Assembly: GCA_963818115.1 (NCBI GenBank)
Contig: CAWFQZ010000032.1
Coordinates: forward strand, 14,274 to 78,273
DNA from: an uncultured Acidobacteriota bacterium
GTDB lineage: Bacteria > Acidobacteriota > Terriglobia > Terriglobales > Acidobacteriaceae
Length of the DNA: 64,000 nt
Reading direction: 5' to 3'
Positions 53,626 to 62,751 of the stretch are shown here, in pieces. A program made the position numbers and the translations under genes. Under the pieces are notes generated by a model. That model did not search any database. It was not told the origin of the DNA and worked only from the letters and a program-made list of their open reading frames with translations. The number at the start of each line of letters is the position of its first letter. Within the stretch, counting starts at the first letter, position 1.

Positions 53626-56364
53626 ATGCAAACAGGAAAGACGCTTGCGCTGTCGCTTTTTGCGGTGTGTATTTCACTGAACGCGTGGGCGCAGGCTCCG
53701 GAAAGAACCAATCCGGCGAGAGATCTCTTATCGACTCTTCCGACGGATCGTGTCTCGGCTCCCGTACTGAATGATCAGCGGGTCGTGCTTTCGGGGCAAC
53801 GCCATCCATTGGCGCGGCCTGAGTTTTCCATCGGCAAGGTAAGGCCGGATCTTTATATGGGGCGGATGGTGCTGGTGCTGCGCGCTGATCCGGCGCAAGA
53901 CTTGGCGTTGGAGGAACTGATCCGAGCGCAGCAGGATGCGGAGTCACCGTACTACCATCGCTGGCTCACTCCGGAGCAATTTGGCCGGAGGTTCGGGATC
54001 GCGCCGAACGATCTCAAACAGGTGACGAAGTGGCTGCAATCGTTTGGAATGGAAGTGGAAGAAATTCCGGCATCGCGACGGACGATCGTGTTCAGCGGAA
54101 CGGCTTCACAGGTCGAATTGGGGTTCCACGCCAGCATCCAGAAATATTTGGTCCGAGGCGAAACGCATTATGCGAACGCGAAAGATCTGGAAATCCCGCA
54201 AGCACTCGCTGCGGTCGTTCGCGGAGTGGCTTCGTTGCACGACTTTCGCAGTGTGCCGGCACATGTTGTCTCGCCGCAATATACGGCGGCGAACGGCGCA
54301 CACTTTCTAATGCCACAGGATTGGGCCACGATTTACGACGTCGACCCGCTATACGACCAAGGGCTCGACGGCACCGGACAAAGCATTGCGGTTCTGGGCC
54401 GCGTGGACATCGCGCTTTCCGATATACGAACATTTCGCACGAGTGCCGGGCTGCCTGCGAAGGATCCGCAGATCATCGTGAACGGAGCTGATCCAGGATT
54501 TCCGTGGTGCGATGACGAACTGGAATCGGCGATGGATGTGGAATGGGCGGGTGCAATCGCGAAGAATGCAACTATCAAGTTCGTGACTTCGAAATCTACG
54601 ACCACAATGGACGGGATCAATCTATCGGCGCAGTACGCGGTGAATCATAACGTTGCACCGATCGTAACCTTGAGCTACGGATTGTGCGAGGCATCGCTCG
54701 GTTCGGCTGGCAACGCATTCTGGAACGCGACGTGGGCGCAGGCGGCGGCGCAAGGCATGACAGTGTTCGTCTCATCGGGAGATAACGGTGCGGCAGGATG
54801 CGATTCGCCTTCGCAGGCAACCGCGATACGAGGGCGCGCAGTGAATGGACTGTGCTCGACTCCGTACACAACATGCGTAGGCGGGACACAATTCAACGAT
54901 CTATACAATCCGGGACAATTCTGGTCGCCCACGAATGGCACAGGGGAGTCCTCGGCGATCAGCTACATTCCGGAGTCTGCGTGGAATGAGAGCAGTTGGA
55001 GCGGTGGATTGTGGGCGGGCGGAGGAGGAGCAAGCAGTGTGTACGGCAAGCCGGGATGGCAGGCTGCGCCGGGAATTCCGGCCGATGGAAGACGCGACGT
55101 TCCGGATGTGTCGATGCACGCCTCGATTCAGGATGCGTATGTGGTCCAGGTGCAGGGAGGAGTGTTTTATGCCTCGGGGACCTCGGCGGCGGCGCCTTCG
55201 CTGGCGAGCGTGATGGCGTTAGTTCTGGAACATACCGGCGCGGCGCAAGGGAATGCAAATCCGGGCTTTTATGCTTTAGCGAATCAGCAGTTCTCCAGCG
55301 GAGGAGCGGAGGCGCTTCACGATGTGACCAGCGGCAACAACAGCGTGCCCGGAGTCTCCGGCTTCAACAGCGGATCGGGTTATGACGAAGCAACCGGGCT
55401 GGGTTCGGTGGACGCGAGCGTTCTAGTGAATCATTGGAGCGCAGCCACGCAGTTGAATTTCACGCTGACCCCGAATACATCGAGCATTACATTAGCGCCG
55501 GGTGGGTCGACCATGGCAACGATATCGCTGACGCCGCAAGGCGCGTTCGGCTCTGCCGTCACTTTGAGTGCTAGTGGAGTGCCAGTGGGAGTGACCGTAA
55601 AGTTTTCGTCCGCTACGATCAAAGCGAACGCTCCCGTCACCGTGACATTCGCAGTAGCGAGCAACGCAACGGCAAAGAGCTCAACCATCATCATCAGCGG
55701 AAGCGGAGGCGGTTTGACGCGAACTGCAAACATCGCTGTGACCGTGGCCGTGCCCACTTTCACGCTTACAAGCAGCGCAACGTGCACGAGCGTGACGTCT
55801 GGAAATTCGAGTTCATTCAATGTTTCCACGGCGGCGGCGGGAGGATTTAAGTCGGCGATCACGTTGTCCATCAGCGGACTGCCGAAGGGAGTGACGGCGA
55901 AGTTTGCACCCACGAATATAGCGACTCCGGGAAATGGGAGCAGCACGCTGACCCTGACGGCAGCGTCTGGAACGGTTGGTGGGACGTATTCTCTGCTTGT
56001 CATGGCGAGTGGGGGAGGCATCACGAAGACACAAGCTCTCGGACTCACCGTGATCGGCCCTACGTTTACGCTCGCCGTGAGTGGAATGAGCGTGGTGCTG
56101 TCGCGGGGAGGATCGTTGCCCGTGACGGTATCGACTGCAGGCAGTAACGGGTTCGCGTCGAGCATTTTGTTTTCCGTGACCGGGCTGCCGAAGAATGTAA
56201 CCGGAACGTTTGCGCCGGTGACGATTGCTTCGCCTGGAAACGGGAGCAGTAGTTTGACTCTGAAGGCTGCGACGAGCGCTAGCATCGGAAGTTCTTTCAT
56301 TACGGTGACTGGTAGCGGAGGAGGAGTAACTCGATCGCAGACGATTAGTTTGAAAGTACAGTGA
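53626..56364 (+). CDS. S53 (sedolisin/kumamolisin-like) serine peptidase with pro-domain and C-terminal Ig-like repeats
   Basis: It has a signal peptide (MQTGKTLALSLFAVCISLNAWA), a pro-kumamolisin activation-domain pattern (..YHRWLTPEQFGRRFG...VTKWLQSFG..), SGDNGAAGCD and the catalytic ASGTSAAAPSLASV. Several ~90-aa repeats follow (..GGGLTRTANIAVTV.. type). Confidence 0.9.
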   Translation: MQTGKTLALSLFAVCISLNAWAQAPERTNPARDLLSTLPTDRVSAPVLNDQRVVLSGQRHPLARPEFSIGKVRPDLYMGRMVLVLRADPAQDLALEELIRAQQDAESPYYHRWLTPEQFGRRFGIAPNDLKQVTKWLQSFGMEVEEIPASRRTIVFSGTASQVELGFHASIQKYLVRGETHYANAKDLEIPQALAAVVRGVASLHDFRSVPAHVVSPQYTAANGAHFLMPQDWATIYDVDPLYDQGLDGTGQSIAVLGRVDIALSDIRTFRTSAGLPAKDPQIIVNGADPGFPWCDDELESAMDVEWAGAIAKNATIKFVTSKSTTTMDGINLSAQYAVNHNVAPIVTLSYGLCEASLGSAGNAFWNATWAQAAAQGMTVFVSSGDNGAAGCDSPSQATAIRGRAVNGLCSTPYTTCVGGTQFNDLYNPGQFWSPTNGTGESSAISYIPESAWNESSWSGGLWAGGGGASSVYGKPGWQAAPGIPADGRRDVPDVSMHASIQDAYVVQVQGGVFYASGTSAAAPSLASVMALVLEHTGAAQGNANPGFYALANQQFSSGGAEALHDVTSGNNSVPGVSGFNSGSGYDEATGLGSVDASVLVNHWSAATQLNFTLTPNTSSITLAPGGSTMATISLTPQGAFGSAVTLSASGVPVGVTVKFSSATIKANAPVTVTFAVASNATAKSSTIIISGSGGGLTRTANIAVTVAVPTFTLTSSATCTSVTSGNSSSFNVSTAAAGGFKSAITLSISGLPKGVTAKFAPTNIATPGNGSSTLTLTAASGTVGGTYSLLVMASGGGITKTQALGLTVIGPTFTLAVSGMSVVLSRGGSLPVTVSTAGSNGFASSILFSVTGLPKNVTGTFAPVTIASPGNGSSSLTLKAATSASIGSSFITVTGSGGGVTRSQTISLKVQ

Positions 56365-56546
56365 GCTCGCGGGTGTTTAGAATTCAGAAACCCCACTTAT
56401 CGTGCAAAGAATGCGCGAGAAATGGGGGACCCGCGAAATTGTTGAATCGAAGTCAAATTCCCCACCCAGTCGCATAAGACGCGACAAGGGTGGGGCACCC
56501 TTCTGTTTCTACCGTTTCTTTTCCGTTTTGTTTTTTATCTCTTCTT

Positions 56547-57269
56547 CTAGTGGTGCGGGTCGCGGCGGCGGAGGTAGTCGATAAACATTTGCTCGACAGG
56601 TTTGTCGTAGGCGATGAGGACGTGGCGGACGGTGTGTCCGCTAACGAAGTGGCAGACTTCTTCTGCTAGATTTTTGGCGTGATCGCCCGCGCGCTCGAGA
56701 GATTGCGTCATGAAGATGACCTGCAGGCTAGCCTGGCGCGCGACGTTTTCGGGATTCTCGATGTGGCGAAGGAAGATGAGATTGCGGAGGCGGTCCATCT
56801 CGGCGTCAGCGCGGAGGACGTCGACGGCTTTACCGATCTCGCGGGCGGAGAATGCGCTGCCGCAGTCAGCCAACATCTTTTCGAGGATGGTCGCCATCTG
56901 TGTAAGGTCGCGAGTGTCCTCGGAGTCAATGCGTCCGCTGACGGCCTGAGCGCTGTTGGCGAAGCTAAGCAGGAGATCGCCGATACGCTCGAGGCCAATC
57001 ATGAATTTCATGCAGGCCAGCAGCTCGCGGGCTTCGGCGGGGCCAACCTCGGTAATCGCGGTCGTCACACCGCTATCGATTTCCATGTCGAGGGTATCGA
57101 GTTCGCGTTCGCGCTGGCGGAGGGAATTGAGGAGAGCAGCCGATCCGGTGGCGATGCCTTCGGCCGCAGCGCCCGCAGCTTCTTTGGCCATATGACAGGC
57201 TTCGACGGTGCGGCGCACGATGTAATGGTGGGCCGGTTCGGGAGTCGGGCTCTTAATCGCGGTGCTCAT
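56547..57269 (-). CDS. phoU: Phosphate signalling complex protein PhoU
   Basis: It has two PhoU repeats with ..ERIGDLL.. and ..ERAGDHAKNLAEEV... The start is at MSTAIKSP (57269). Confidence 0.85.
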   Translation of the reverse strand: MSTAIKSPTPEPAHHYIVRRTVEACHMAKEAAGAAAEGIATGSAALLNSLRQRERELDTLDMEIDSGVTTAITEVGPAEARELLACMKFMIGLERIGDLLLSFANSAQAVSGRIDSEDTRDLTQMATILEKMLADCGSAFSAREIGKAVDVLRADAEMDRLRNLIFLRHIENPENVARQASLQVIFMTQSLERAGDHAKNLAEEVCHFVSGHTVRHVLIAYDKPVEQMFIDYLRRRDPHH

Positions 57270-57635
57270 GAGTGTGTCCGCCGGGCGGGGACGCGGGCGA
57301 CGCGGAACTCGAGCGGAACCGTCGCCGGTCGTCTGCCGTTTATGAGATCGGATGGCCAACGGTTAAGCATAGAATTTCCCGCGAACGCTGCGGTTAATAG
57401 GCTGTGAATTTTCCGTCATTTTTTCGCTCGGGCAAATCACGTTTACATATTTGTAAACACTATTGTCGGGCAAGACAGAACAAATGCAAGGGGAATGTGG
57501 AGGAGGATCGAAGTGACAACCGCGCAAGTTCGGATTCGGTGCGCGCGAGATACTTCCCTCCGCCTGAAAAGCGGCTCTGGTCAGGATGACGCCGGTATGA
57601 ATGGAACTTTAGGGCTTAAGACTCAGTGCTTGTTG

Positions 57636-57681
57636 CCGGGCTTTGCCCTGGCTGGACCGCCGAGGCGGCCGTCGCGACATG
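57636..57681. repeat. 46-nt two-hairpin 3'-end repeat immediately after the phoR stop (copy of 26626-26671)
   Basis: CCGGGCTTTGCCCTGGCTGGACCGCCGAGGCGGCCGTCGCGACATG matches the reverse complement of 26626-26671 at 41 of 46 positions. Both copies have the same orientation relative to the upstream gene. Confidence 0.75.
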
Positions 57682-57683
57682 AT

Positions 57684-59420
57684 TTAGGCGGTGGGGAGGG
57701 TGAAGAGGAAGGTACTGCCTTTGGTGAGTTCGCTTTCGGCGCGGATCGAACCGCCGTGGGCACGCACGATGTGCTTAGCGATCGCGAGACCGAGCCCAGT
57801 GCCTCCGGATTCGCGGGAGCGGGCTTTATCGACGCGATAGAAGCGTTCAAAGAGGCGCGGCAAGTGCTCGGAGGAGATACCTGCGCCGAGATCTCGGACA
57901 TAAAATTCGATGCCGCGGTCGGCGGAACGAGCGCCGAGATCGATGCGCCCGCCAGCACGTCCGTACTTCATGGCATTGTCGATCAGATTTGAAAATACCT
58001 GGTGAATGGCTTCGCGGTCGGCAAGGACGGACGGCAGCGATTCGATGGAGCCACTGCTTCCCTGCGCATCGATGATCTGAAGTTCGACGCCTTGTCCACG
58101 GGCGATTTCGCGGAAACTTTCCTCTGCATCATTCAGTAGTTCGATGGGAGCGACGGGCTCGGTGTCGAAGCGAGTCTCGCCAGACTCGACTCGCGCGAGG
58201 GTGAGCAGATCTTCAGTAAGGCGCGACATGCGAGCGGCGTTCTTGCGAATGATTTCGAGAAACTCCCGGGTAGAACCAGAATTGTCTGGCGCAGTGTCGA
58301 GGAGAGTTTCGGAATATCCCTGAATCGATGTAAGGGGCGTTCGGAGTTCGTGCGAGACATTTGCAATAAAGTCGCGTCGAGTTTTTTCTACGCGCTCGGT
58401 TTCGGTGAGGTCGCGGAGCACGGCGACAGCGCCGCCATCGGGGAGCGGAGCGGCGGTCACATCGAAGGCACGGCCGGGAACGATTGATGTAGCGCGGGCG
58501 GTAGTGACGTCTTTGTTGGTGGTTGCAGCTTTTACGGCGGCGAGAAAATCGGGGTCGCGGATGGTTTCGACAACGGGCGCGTTGAGACGAGTACGCTGCG
58601 GAACGAGGCGGTCCATGGGCTGGTTCGCCCAGCGGACAAGGCCGTCAGAACTGACGGCGATGACGGCGTCCTGCATGCTGTTTAACAGAGTTTCAAGCTG
58701 GCGCTGGCTCGAGCGAACCGCGGCGAAACTGCGCTCGACCTGCCCGGCGGTGCGATCAATGGCTGCGGCAACGCGTCCGATTTCGTCGAGTGGTGTGTCA
58801 TCGACGCGGGCGCGAAGATCGCCGCGCTCAATGCGGGCTGCGACATCGACGATGCGTTCGAGACGGCGCGAAGTCCAGACTGAAGCCGTAATGGCAATCA
58901 GAAGAGCAACGAGACAGGCGAGAAGAGATCCTCGAATCAGAGGGCGGCGCACCTGCGACTGGACAGCTTGGACGTCGGAAAGGGGATAGGCGAGACGGAC
59001 CGCACCTCCAGTGATGGGAACGGCAACATAGAGAAACGGGATACCGAGAGTGGCGCTGCGGCGCTCGTTCTCGCCGGTCTTGCCTGAAAGGGCGGAGGCA
59101 AACTCGGCGCGGGTGGCATGGTTCTCCATGTTGGCGGGATCAGATTCAGAATCTGCAAGGACCTTGCCGGAAGAGTCGATGATCGTGGCGCGGGCTCCGG
59201 CGGCTCTCGCTTCCTGTGCAGCGATGTCGGGGAGCGAGTGGACGCGATCGGTGTCGACTCGGTGCGCGAATAAGATCGTTTTCTGCGTGAGGTTGCGCTC
59301 AATATCGCCGCGCAGCGAGGCTTCCCAGGCATTGCCGATGGTAACGTCGAGAATGGCGGCGGTAGCGGCGATAACGACGAAGAACACAGCGAGCAGCTTG
59401 AAGAAAATGCGGTTCTTCAC
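57684..59420 (-). CDS. phoR: Phosphate-regulon sensor histidine kinase (PhoR-like)
   Basis: It has an N-terminal TM segment, HAMP and PAS regions, the H-box SHELRTPLTSIQGY, and N/G boxes (..NLIDNAMKY.., ..DLGAGIS.., ..GGTGLGLAIAK..). Confidence 0.88.
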   Translation of the reverse strand: MKNRIFFKLLAVFFVVIAATAAILDVTIGNAWEASLRGDIERNLTQKTILFAHRVDTDRVHSLPDIAAQEARAAGARATIIDSSGKVLADSESDPANMENHATRAEFASALSGKTGENERRSATLGIPFLYVAVPITGGAVRLAYPLSDVQAVQSQVRRPLIRGSLLACLVALLIAITASVWTSRRLERIVDVAARIERGDLRARVDDTPLDEIGRVAAAIDRTAGQVERSFAAVRSSQRQLETLLNSMQDAVIAVSSDGLVRWANQPMDRLVPQRTRLNAPVVETIRDPDFLAAVKAATTNKDVTTARATSIVPGRAFDVTAAPLPDGGAVAVLRDLTETERVEKTRRDFIANVSHELRTPLTSIQGYSETLLDTAPDNSGSTREFLEIIRKNAARMSRLTEDLLTLARVESGETRFDTEPVAPIELLNDAEESFREIARGQGVELQIIDAQGSSGSIESLPSVLADREAIHQVFSNLIDNAMKYGRAGGRIDLGARSADRGIEFYVRDLGAGISSEHLPRLFERFYRVDKARSRESGGTGLGLAIAKHIVRAHGGSIRAESELTKGSTFLFTLPTA

Positions 59421-59510
59421 ATTCTCCTCATATTAGGGATTCAGGACCAACAAGTGAAATCGAGTTCCTCAGGAAAGTCAAAATCCCACCCGATTTGTGG
59501 GGAGTGCCTA

Positions 59511-60203
59511 TCATTTTGGGACCTCGAAGCGGTATCCGGCGCCGCGAACGGTTTTCAGATAGCGCGGGTTCTCGGGGTCGGGCTCGATCTTTTCGCGGAT
59601 GCGGCGGACATAGACGTCGACCGAGCGCGGGGTGACGTACGCGGTATCACGCCAGACGGAATCGAGAAGATGGTCGCGGCTGAAGACGCGTCCTTTATGG
59701 CGAGCGAAATAATCGAGCAGGCGGAACTCGGTAGCAGTTGTGGGCACCATGGCACCGCGAACAGTGAGGGTCATGGCGGAAGGATCAATCTCGATTTCTC
59801 CAACCGTCATCGGGCTGGGTGGCAAGGGGCGCTCGAAGCGGCGGAGGACGGCTTTGACCCGGGCCACGAGCTCTCGCGGACTGAAAGGCTTGGCGATGTA
59901 GTCGTCGGCACCGAGCTCGAGACCGAGAACGCGGTCGGCTTCACTGCTTTTGGCCGTAAGAAAAATTACGGGAACTGCCGACAAACCCGGAGTCTGGCGG
60001 ATGTTGCGGCAGATCTCGAGACCATCCTTGCCGGGGACCATGATGTCGAGAACGAAAAGAGCCGGGCGCTGGCGCTCGGAATCGGAGAGAACGTTCGATC
60101 CGGTGGGATAGATGCGAACGACGAAACCCTCATTTTCAAGGTGATGGCGGACGAGTCGGGAAATATCGGGATCGTCTTCAACGACGAAGATGCTTGGTTT
60201 CAC
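59511..60203 (-). CDS. phoB: OmpR/PhoB-family response regulator
   Basis: The receiver domain reads FVVEDDPDI...LFVLDIMVPGKDGLE. The winged-helix region reads ..LTATEFRLLDYFARHKGRVFSRDHLL..VDVYVRRIREKIE..YLKTVRGAGYRF. A GTG start is used. It is adjacent to phoR. Confidence 0.88.
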   Translation of the reverse strand: MKPSIFVVEDDPDISRLVRHHLENEGFVVRIYPTGSNVLSDSERQRPALFVLDIMVPGKDGLEICRNIRQTPGLSAVPVIFLTAKSSEADRVLGLELGADDYIAKPFSPRELVARVKAVLRRFERPLPPSPMTVGEIEIDPSAMTLTVRGAMVPTTATEFRLLDYFARHKGRVFSRDHLLDSVWRDTAYVTPRSVDVYVRRIREKIEPDPENPRYLKTVRGAGYRFEVPK

Positions 60204-60210
60204 GGGATCA

Positions 60211-60244
60211 TTTTATATAACGCAGTACGGAGTACCTAGTACCG
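60211..60244 (-). promoter_or_regulatory. Candidate phoB promoter/operator: TATAAA box plus three tandem heptads
   Basis: On the plus strand, AGTACGG AGTACCT AGTACCG lies at 60224-60244 next to TTTTATATAA at 60211-60220. The A/T box ends about 7 nt before the GTG start, and no SD lies between. Confidence 0.35.
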
Positions 60245-60345
60245 AGTGGCGCGTTGCCGGGTCGGAGGGACGATTTTCATCGTATTTTAACAATCGAGGC
60301 AAAAGATCTTTCACCACAGGGGCATGGGGTTCACCGAGGAAAGCA

Positions 60346-62529
60346 TTAGAGGGAGACGATCAGGTTTGCGGCTTTGTCGATTTCGAAACGCTTTCGTGGT
60401 GGGATTACCGTGGTGGCACTGTATTCGGTGATGATCGCGGGGCCGGAGTATTTCTTTCCTGGCTGGAGTTCTTCCCTGGAGTAGATCTTCGTCTTCAGTT
60501 TCTTACTGTCGAAATGGGCGGAGGCTTCGGCTGCGGAAAACTTGCCGATCTTTGCTCGGCTTGGGCGGACGAATGCATCCGCCCCTCCACGGCCTGAGGT
60601 GGATTTCACGACCGCTCTAAGGCGGAGCGTGACTAGTTCGATCTCGCGCGAAGGATGCGTGTAGCCGTAGCGCCGGCGGTGTTCCTGTTCGAAGTCGCGG
60701 AGGAGATTTTTCGTCAGTGGGATATTCAGTTCGTATCCCTGGCCGCGGTAGCGGAGGTCGATGGTACGTCGATAGTGCGGAGTTCCCTGCCAGGATTCGT
60801 CGCGGAAATCTCGAGCTGCGATTTTTTCGAGGGCGGCGAATTCCACATTGATTTTCGCGTGCGGTATTTCACGATTCACTCGCCAAAGGATTGTTCGGGA
60901 ATAGTCTTTGACAACGTCGCTAGCGAGAATGCCTAGAGCGGACAAAGCGCCGGGGAATGCTGGAACGATGACGTGCGGAATGCTCAGAGCTCCGGCAAGA
61001 GCACAGGCGTGAAGCCCTCCGGCGCCGCCGAAGGCAACGAGGGCAAATTGGCGAGGATCGCGTCCGCGCTCGATGGAGACAACACGGATCGCTTTTTCCA
61101 TGGTGGCGTTCACGACGCGAATCACCCCGGCGGCGAATTTTTCCAGAGTGAGATTGGAGCCAAATTTCTTGAGCCACTCTTGGGTAATGCGGCGGGTGCG
61201 ATCGAGATCGAGAGTAAAGTCTCCGCCGAGAAAGCACGTGGGCTGCAGACGACCGAGGAGGAGATTGGCATCGGTGACAGTTGGTTGCGTGCCCCGGCCG
61301 TAACAGATAGGGCCGGGATCGGCGCCAGCGGATTCGGGGCCAATGCGCAGGACTCCGGCAGCGTCGAAGCGGGCGAGCGAGCCTCCACCTGCGCCGACGG
61401 TATGGATGTCGAGCATGGGAACGCCGATCGGAACTCCGGCGATTTGGGCATCGTTGGCGGTCTTGGTTTCACCTTCGACGAGAGAGACGTCGGTGGACGT
61501 GCCTCCCATGTCGAAAGCGATGATGTTGTGAAAGCCGCTCGCACGCGCGGTGGCAGCGGCGCCGACTACACCTCCGGCGGGCCCAGAAAGTACGGTGCGG
61601 ACGGGTTCGCGGGCCGCGGTGGCGAGGGCGGTGATGCCTCCGCTGGATTGCATGACGAAGATACGTGGAACCACGGGGGCTGAAGCCCTGCCTTTGTCGT
61701 GCCTTTTCGCGGCCCTGAAGGGGCGCTCTTCCACGTTTGTGCGCTTCGCCGCGCGAAGGCCCAAGGCCACTCCCGGTCCCTCATTGGTGAGGATCGATGC
61801 CATAACCTGCGCGGACGAGGCGCCCGCGGCTCCGTGGGGGTGGGCCATGGCTAGCGATTTTGCTTCTAGATTTTCAAGGTAACGCTGCATCACTGGCTGC
61901 AGGTAGGCGTTGATGACTACCGTCGAGGTGCGCTCGTATTCGCGAAATTCGGGGAGGATTTCGTGCGAGATCGAGAGCGGAACATCTATCGCTTTCAAAG
62001 CTTGGGTAACGGCTTCTTCATTTTTGGGATTGGCAAAGGAAAACAGGAGTGAGATCGCGATGGATTGCGGTTTTGCAGCGGCCACGCGAGCGGCGAGTGA
62101 GCGCAATTCTTCGGGAGCAGGCGCGGTCAGGATTTCGCCATCGGCGGACGTGCGTTCGTTGATTCCGAAACGCAGGTCTTTGGGGATCAGGGGCTCGATG
62201 CGATCGAAGAAGAAGTCGTAGAGCTTGGGGCGGGCCTGCCGCCCGATTTCGATCGCGTCTTCGAAGCCTGCAGTGGTGACGAGAGCAGTGCGTGCTCCTT
62301 TGCGTTCGAGAAGCGTGTTGGTGCCAACTGTGGTTCCGTGGAGAAGGATGAAGTCTTCGGCGGATGAGATTTGCTCGAGGACTTCGAGGATCGCTTGGGA
62401 CGGATCGGCCGGAGTCGAGAAGATTTTCAGCATTTTGAGTCGACGCGTTTTCGGATCGGTCCAGACGCAGTCGGTGAAAGTACCCCCGGTGTCGACGGCG
62501 ACGCGGAGGAGTTGGGGCAGGCGAGGCAT
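60346..62529 (-). CDS. Hydantoinase/oxoprolinase A family protein (HyuA-like) carrying repeat-derived insertions
   Basis: ..VAVDTGGTFTDCV.., ..HGTTVGTNTLLERKG.., ..MQSSGG.., ..SGPAGGVVGA.., ..FDMGGTSTDVSL.. and ..GAGGGS.. fit the family. No HyuB partner gene is adjacent. Confidence 0.9.
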   Translation of the reverse strand: MPRLPQLLRVAVDTGGTFTDCVWTDPKTRRLKMLKIFSTPADPSQAILEVLEQISSAEDFILLHGTTVGTNTLLERKGARTALVTTAGFEDAIEIGRQARPKLYDFFFDRIEPLIPKDLRFGINERTSADGEILTAPAPEELRSLAARVAAAKPQSIAISLLFSFANPKNEEAVTQALKAIDVPLSISHEILPEFREYERTSTVVINAYLQPVMQRYLENLEAKSLAMAHPHGAAGASSAQVMASILTNEGPGVALGLRAAKRTNVEERPFRAAKRHDKGRASAPVVPRIFVMQSSGGITALATAAREPVRTVLSGPAGGVVGAAATARASGFHNIIAFDMGGTSTDVSLVEGETKTANDAQIAGVPIGVPMLDIHTVGAGGGSLARFDAAGVLRIGPESAGADPGPICYGRGTQPTVTDANLLLGRLQPTCFLGGDFTLDLDRTRRITQEWLKKFGSNLTLEKFAAGVIRVVNATMEKAIRVVSIERGRDPRQFALVAFGGAGGLHACALAGALSIPHVIVPAFPGALSALGILASDVVKDYSRTILWRVNREIPHAKINVEFAALEKIAARDFRDESWQGTPHYRRTIDLRYRGQGYELNIPLTKNLLRDFEQEHRRRYGYTHPSREIELVTLRLRAVVKSTSGRGGADAFVRPSRAKIGKFSAAEASAHFDSKKLKTKIYSREELQPGKKYSGPAIITEYSATTVIPPRKRFEIDKAANLIVSL
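60563..60584 (+). repeat. REP-like hairpin, family B, inside the hydantoinase coding sequence
   Basis: GGGCGGACGAATGCATCCGCCC matches the intergenic copy at 62704-62725 at 20 of 22 positions. Flanks are also similar (CTCGG..; ..TCCAC.GC). It is translated as ..GRGGADAFVRPS... Confidence 0.8.
61672..61735 (-). repeat. REP-like element, family A, inside the hydantoinase coding sequence
   Basis: On the coding strand, CGTGGAAGAGCGCCCCTTCAGGGCCGC...AGGGCTTCAGCCCCCGTG matches intergenic 29372-29444 (first 27 nt 26/27 identical). It is translated as VEERPFRAAKRHDKGRASAPV. Confidence 0.8.
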
Positions 62530-62703
62530 GGCGGTTGGAACGCTAGATTAACATCGAAGGTGGGCGTGTCGCGGCAGCGGCAGGAGAGCGGTCGGGAAGT
62601 TGCATAGGTCCTTCGCTTCGCTCAGGATGACAACGTTGTTGGGAGTTTCGGTCAAACCGCGGGATGCGTGGAGCTCATTCAGCATTCACCCCGCTTCGCT
62701 CGG

Positions 62704-62725
62704 GGGCGGACGAAGGCGTCCGCCC
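62704..62725 (+). repeat. REP-like hairpin, family B (intergenic copy)
   Basis: GGGCGGAC-GAAGGC-GTCCGCCC lies in the repeat-dense spacer upstream of the hydantoinase gene. Confidence 0.8.
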
Positions 62726-62751
62726 GTCCACTGCATTTCTATCTATAAGAC

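Noticed and set aside
56402-56584. 60-aa ORF (MQRMREKWGTREIV...RRDKGGAP...), and likewise 62600-63007 (MHRSFASLRMTT...).
   Set aside because: Both lie in repeat-dense spacers. Their sequences are read-through of GC-rich hairpin repeats (GGTGGGGCACCC-type and GCTCAGGATGAC-type) and, for the second, the antisense of the cytochrome/monooxygenase gene.
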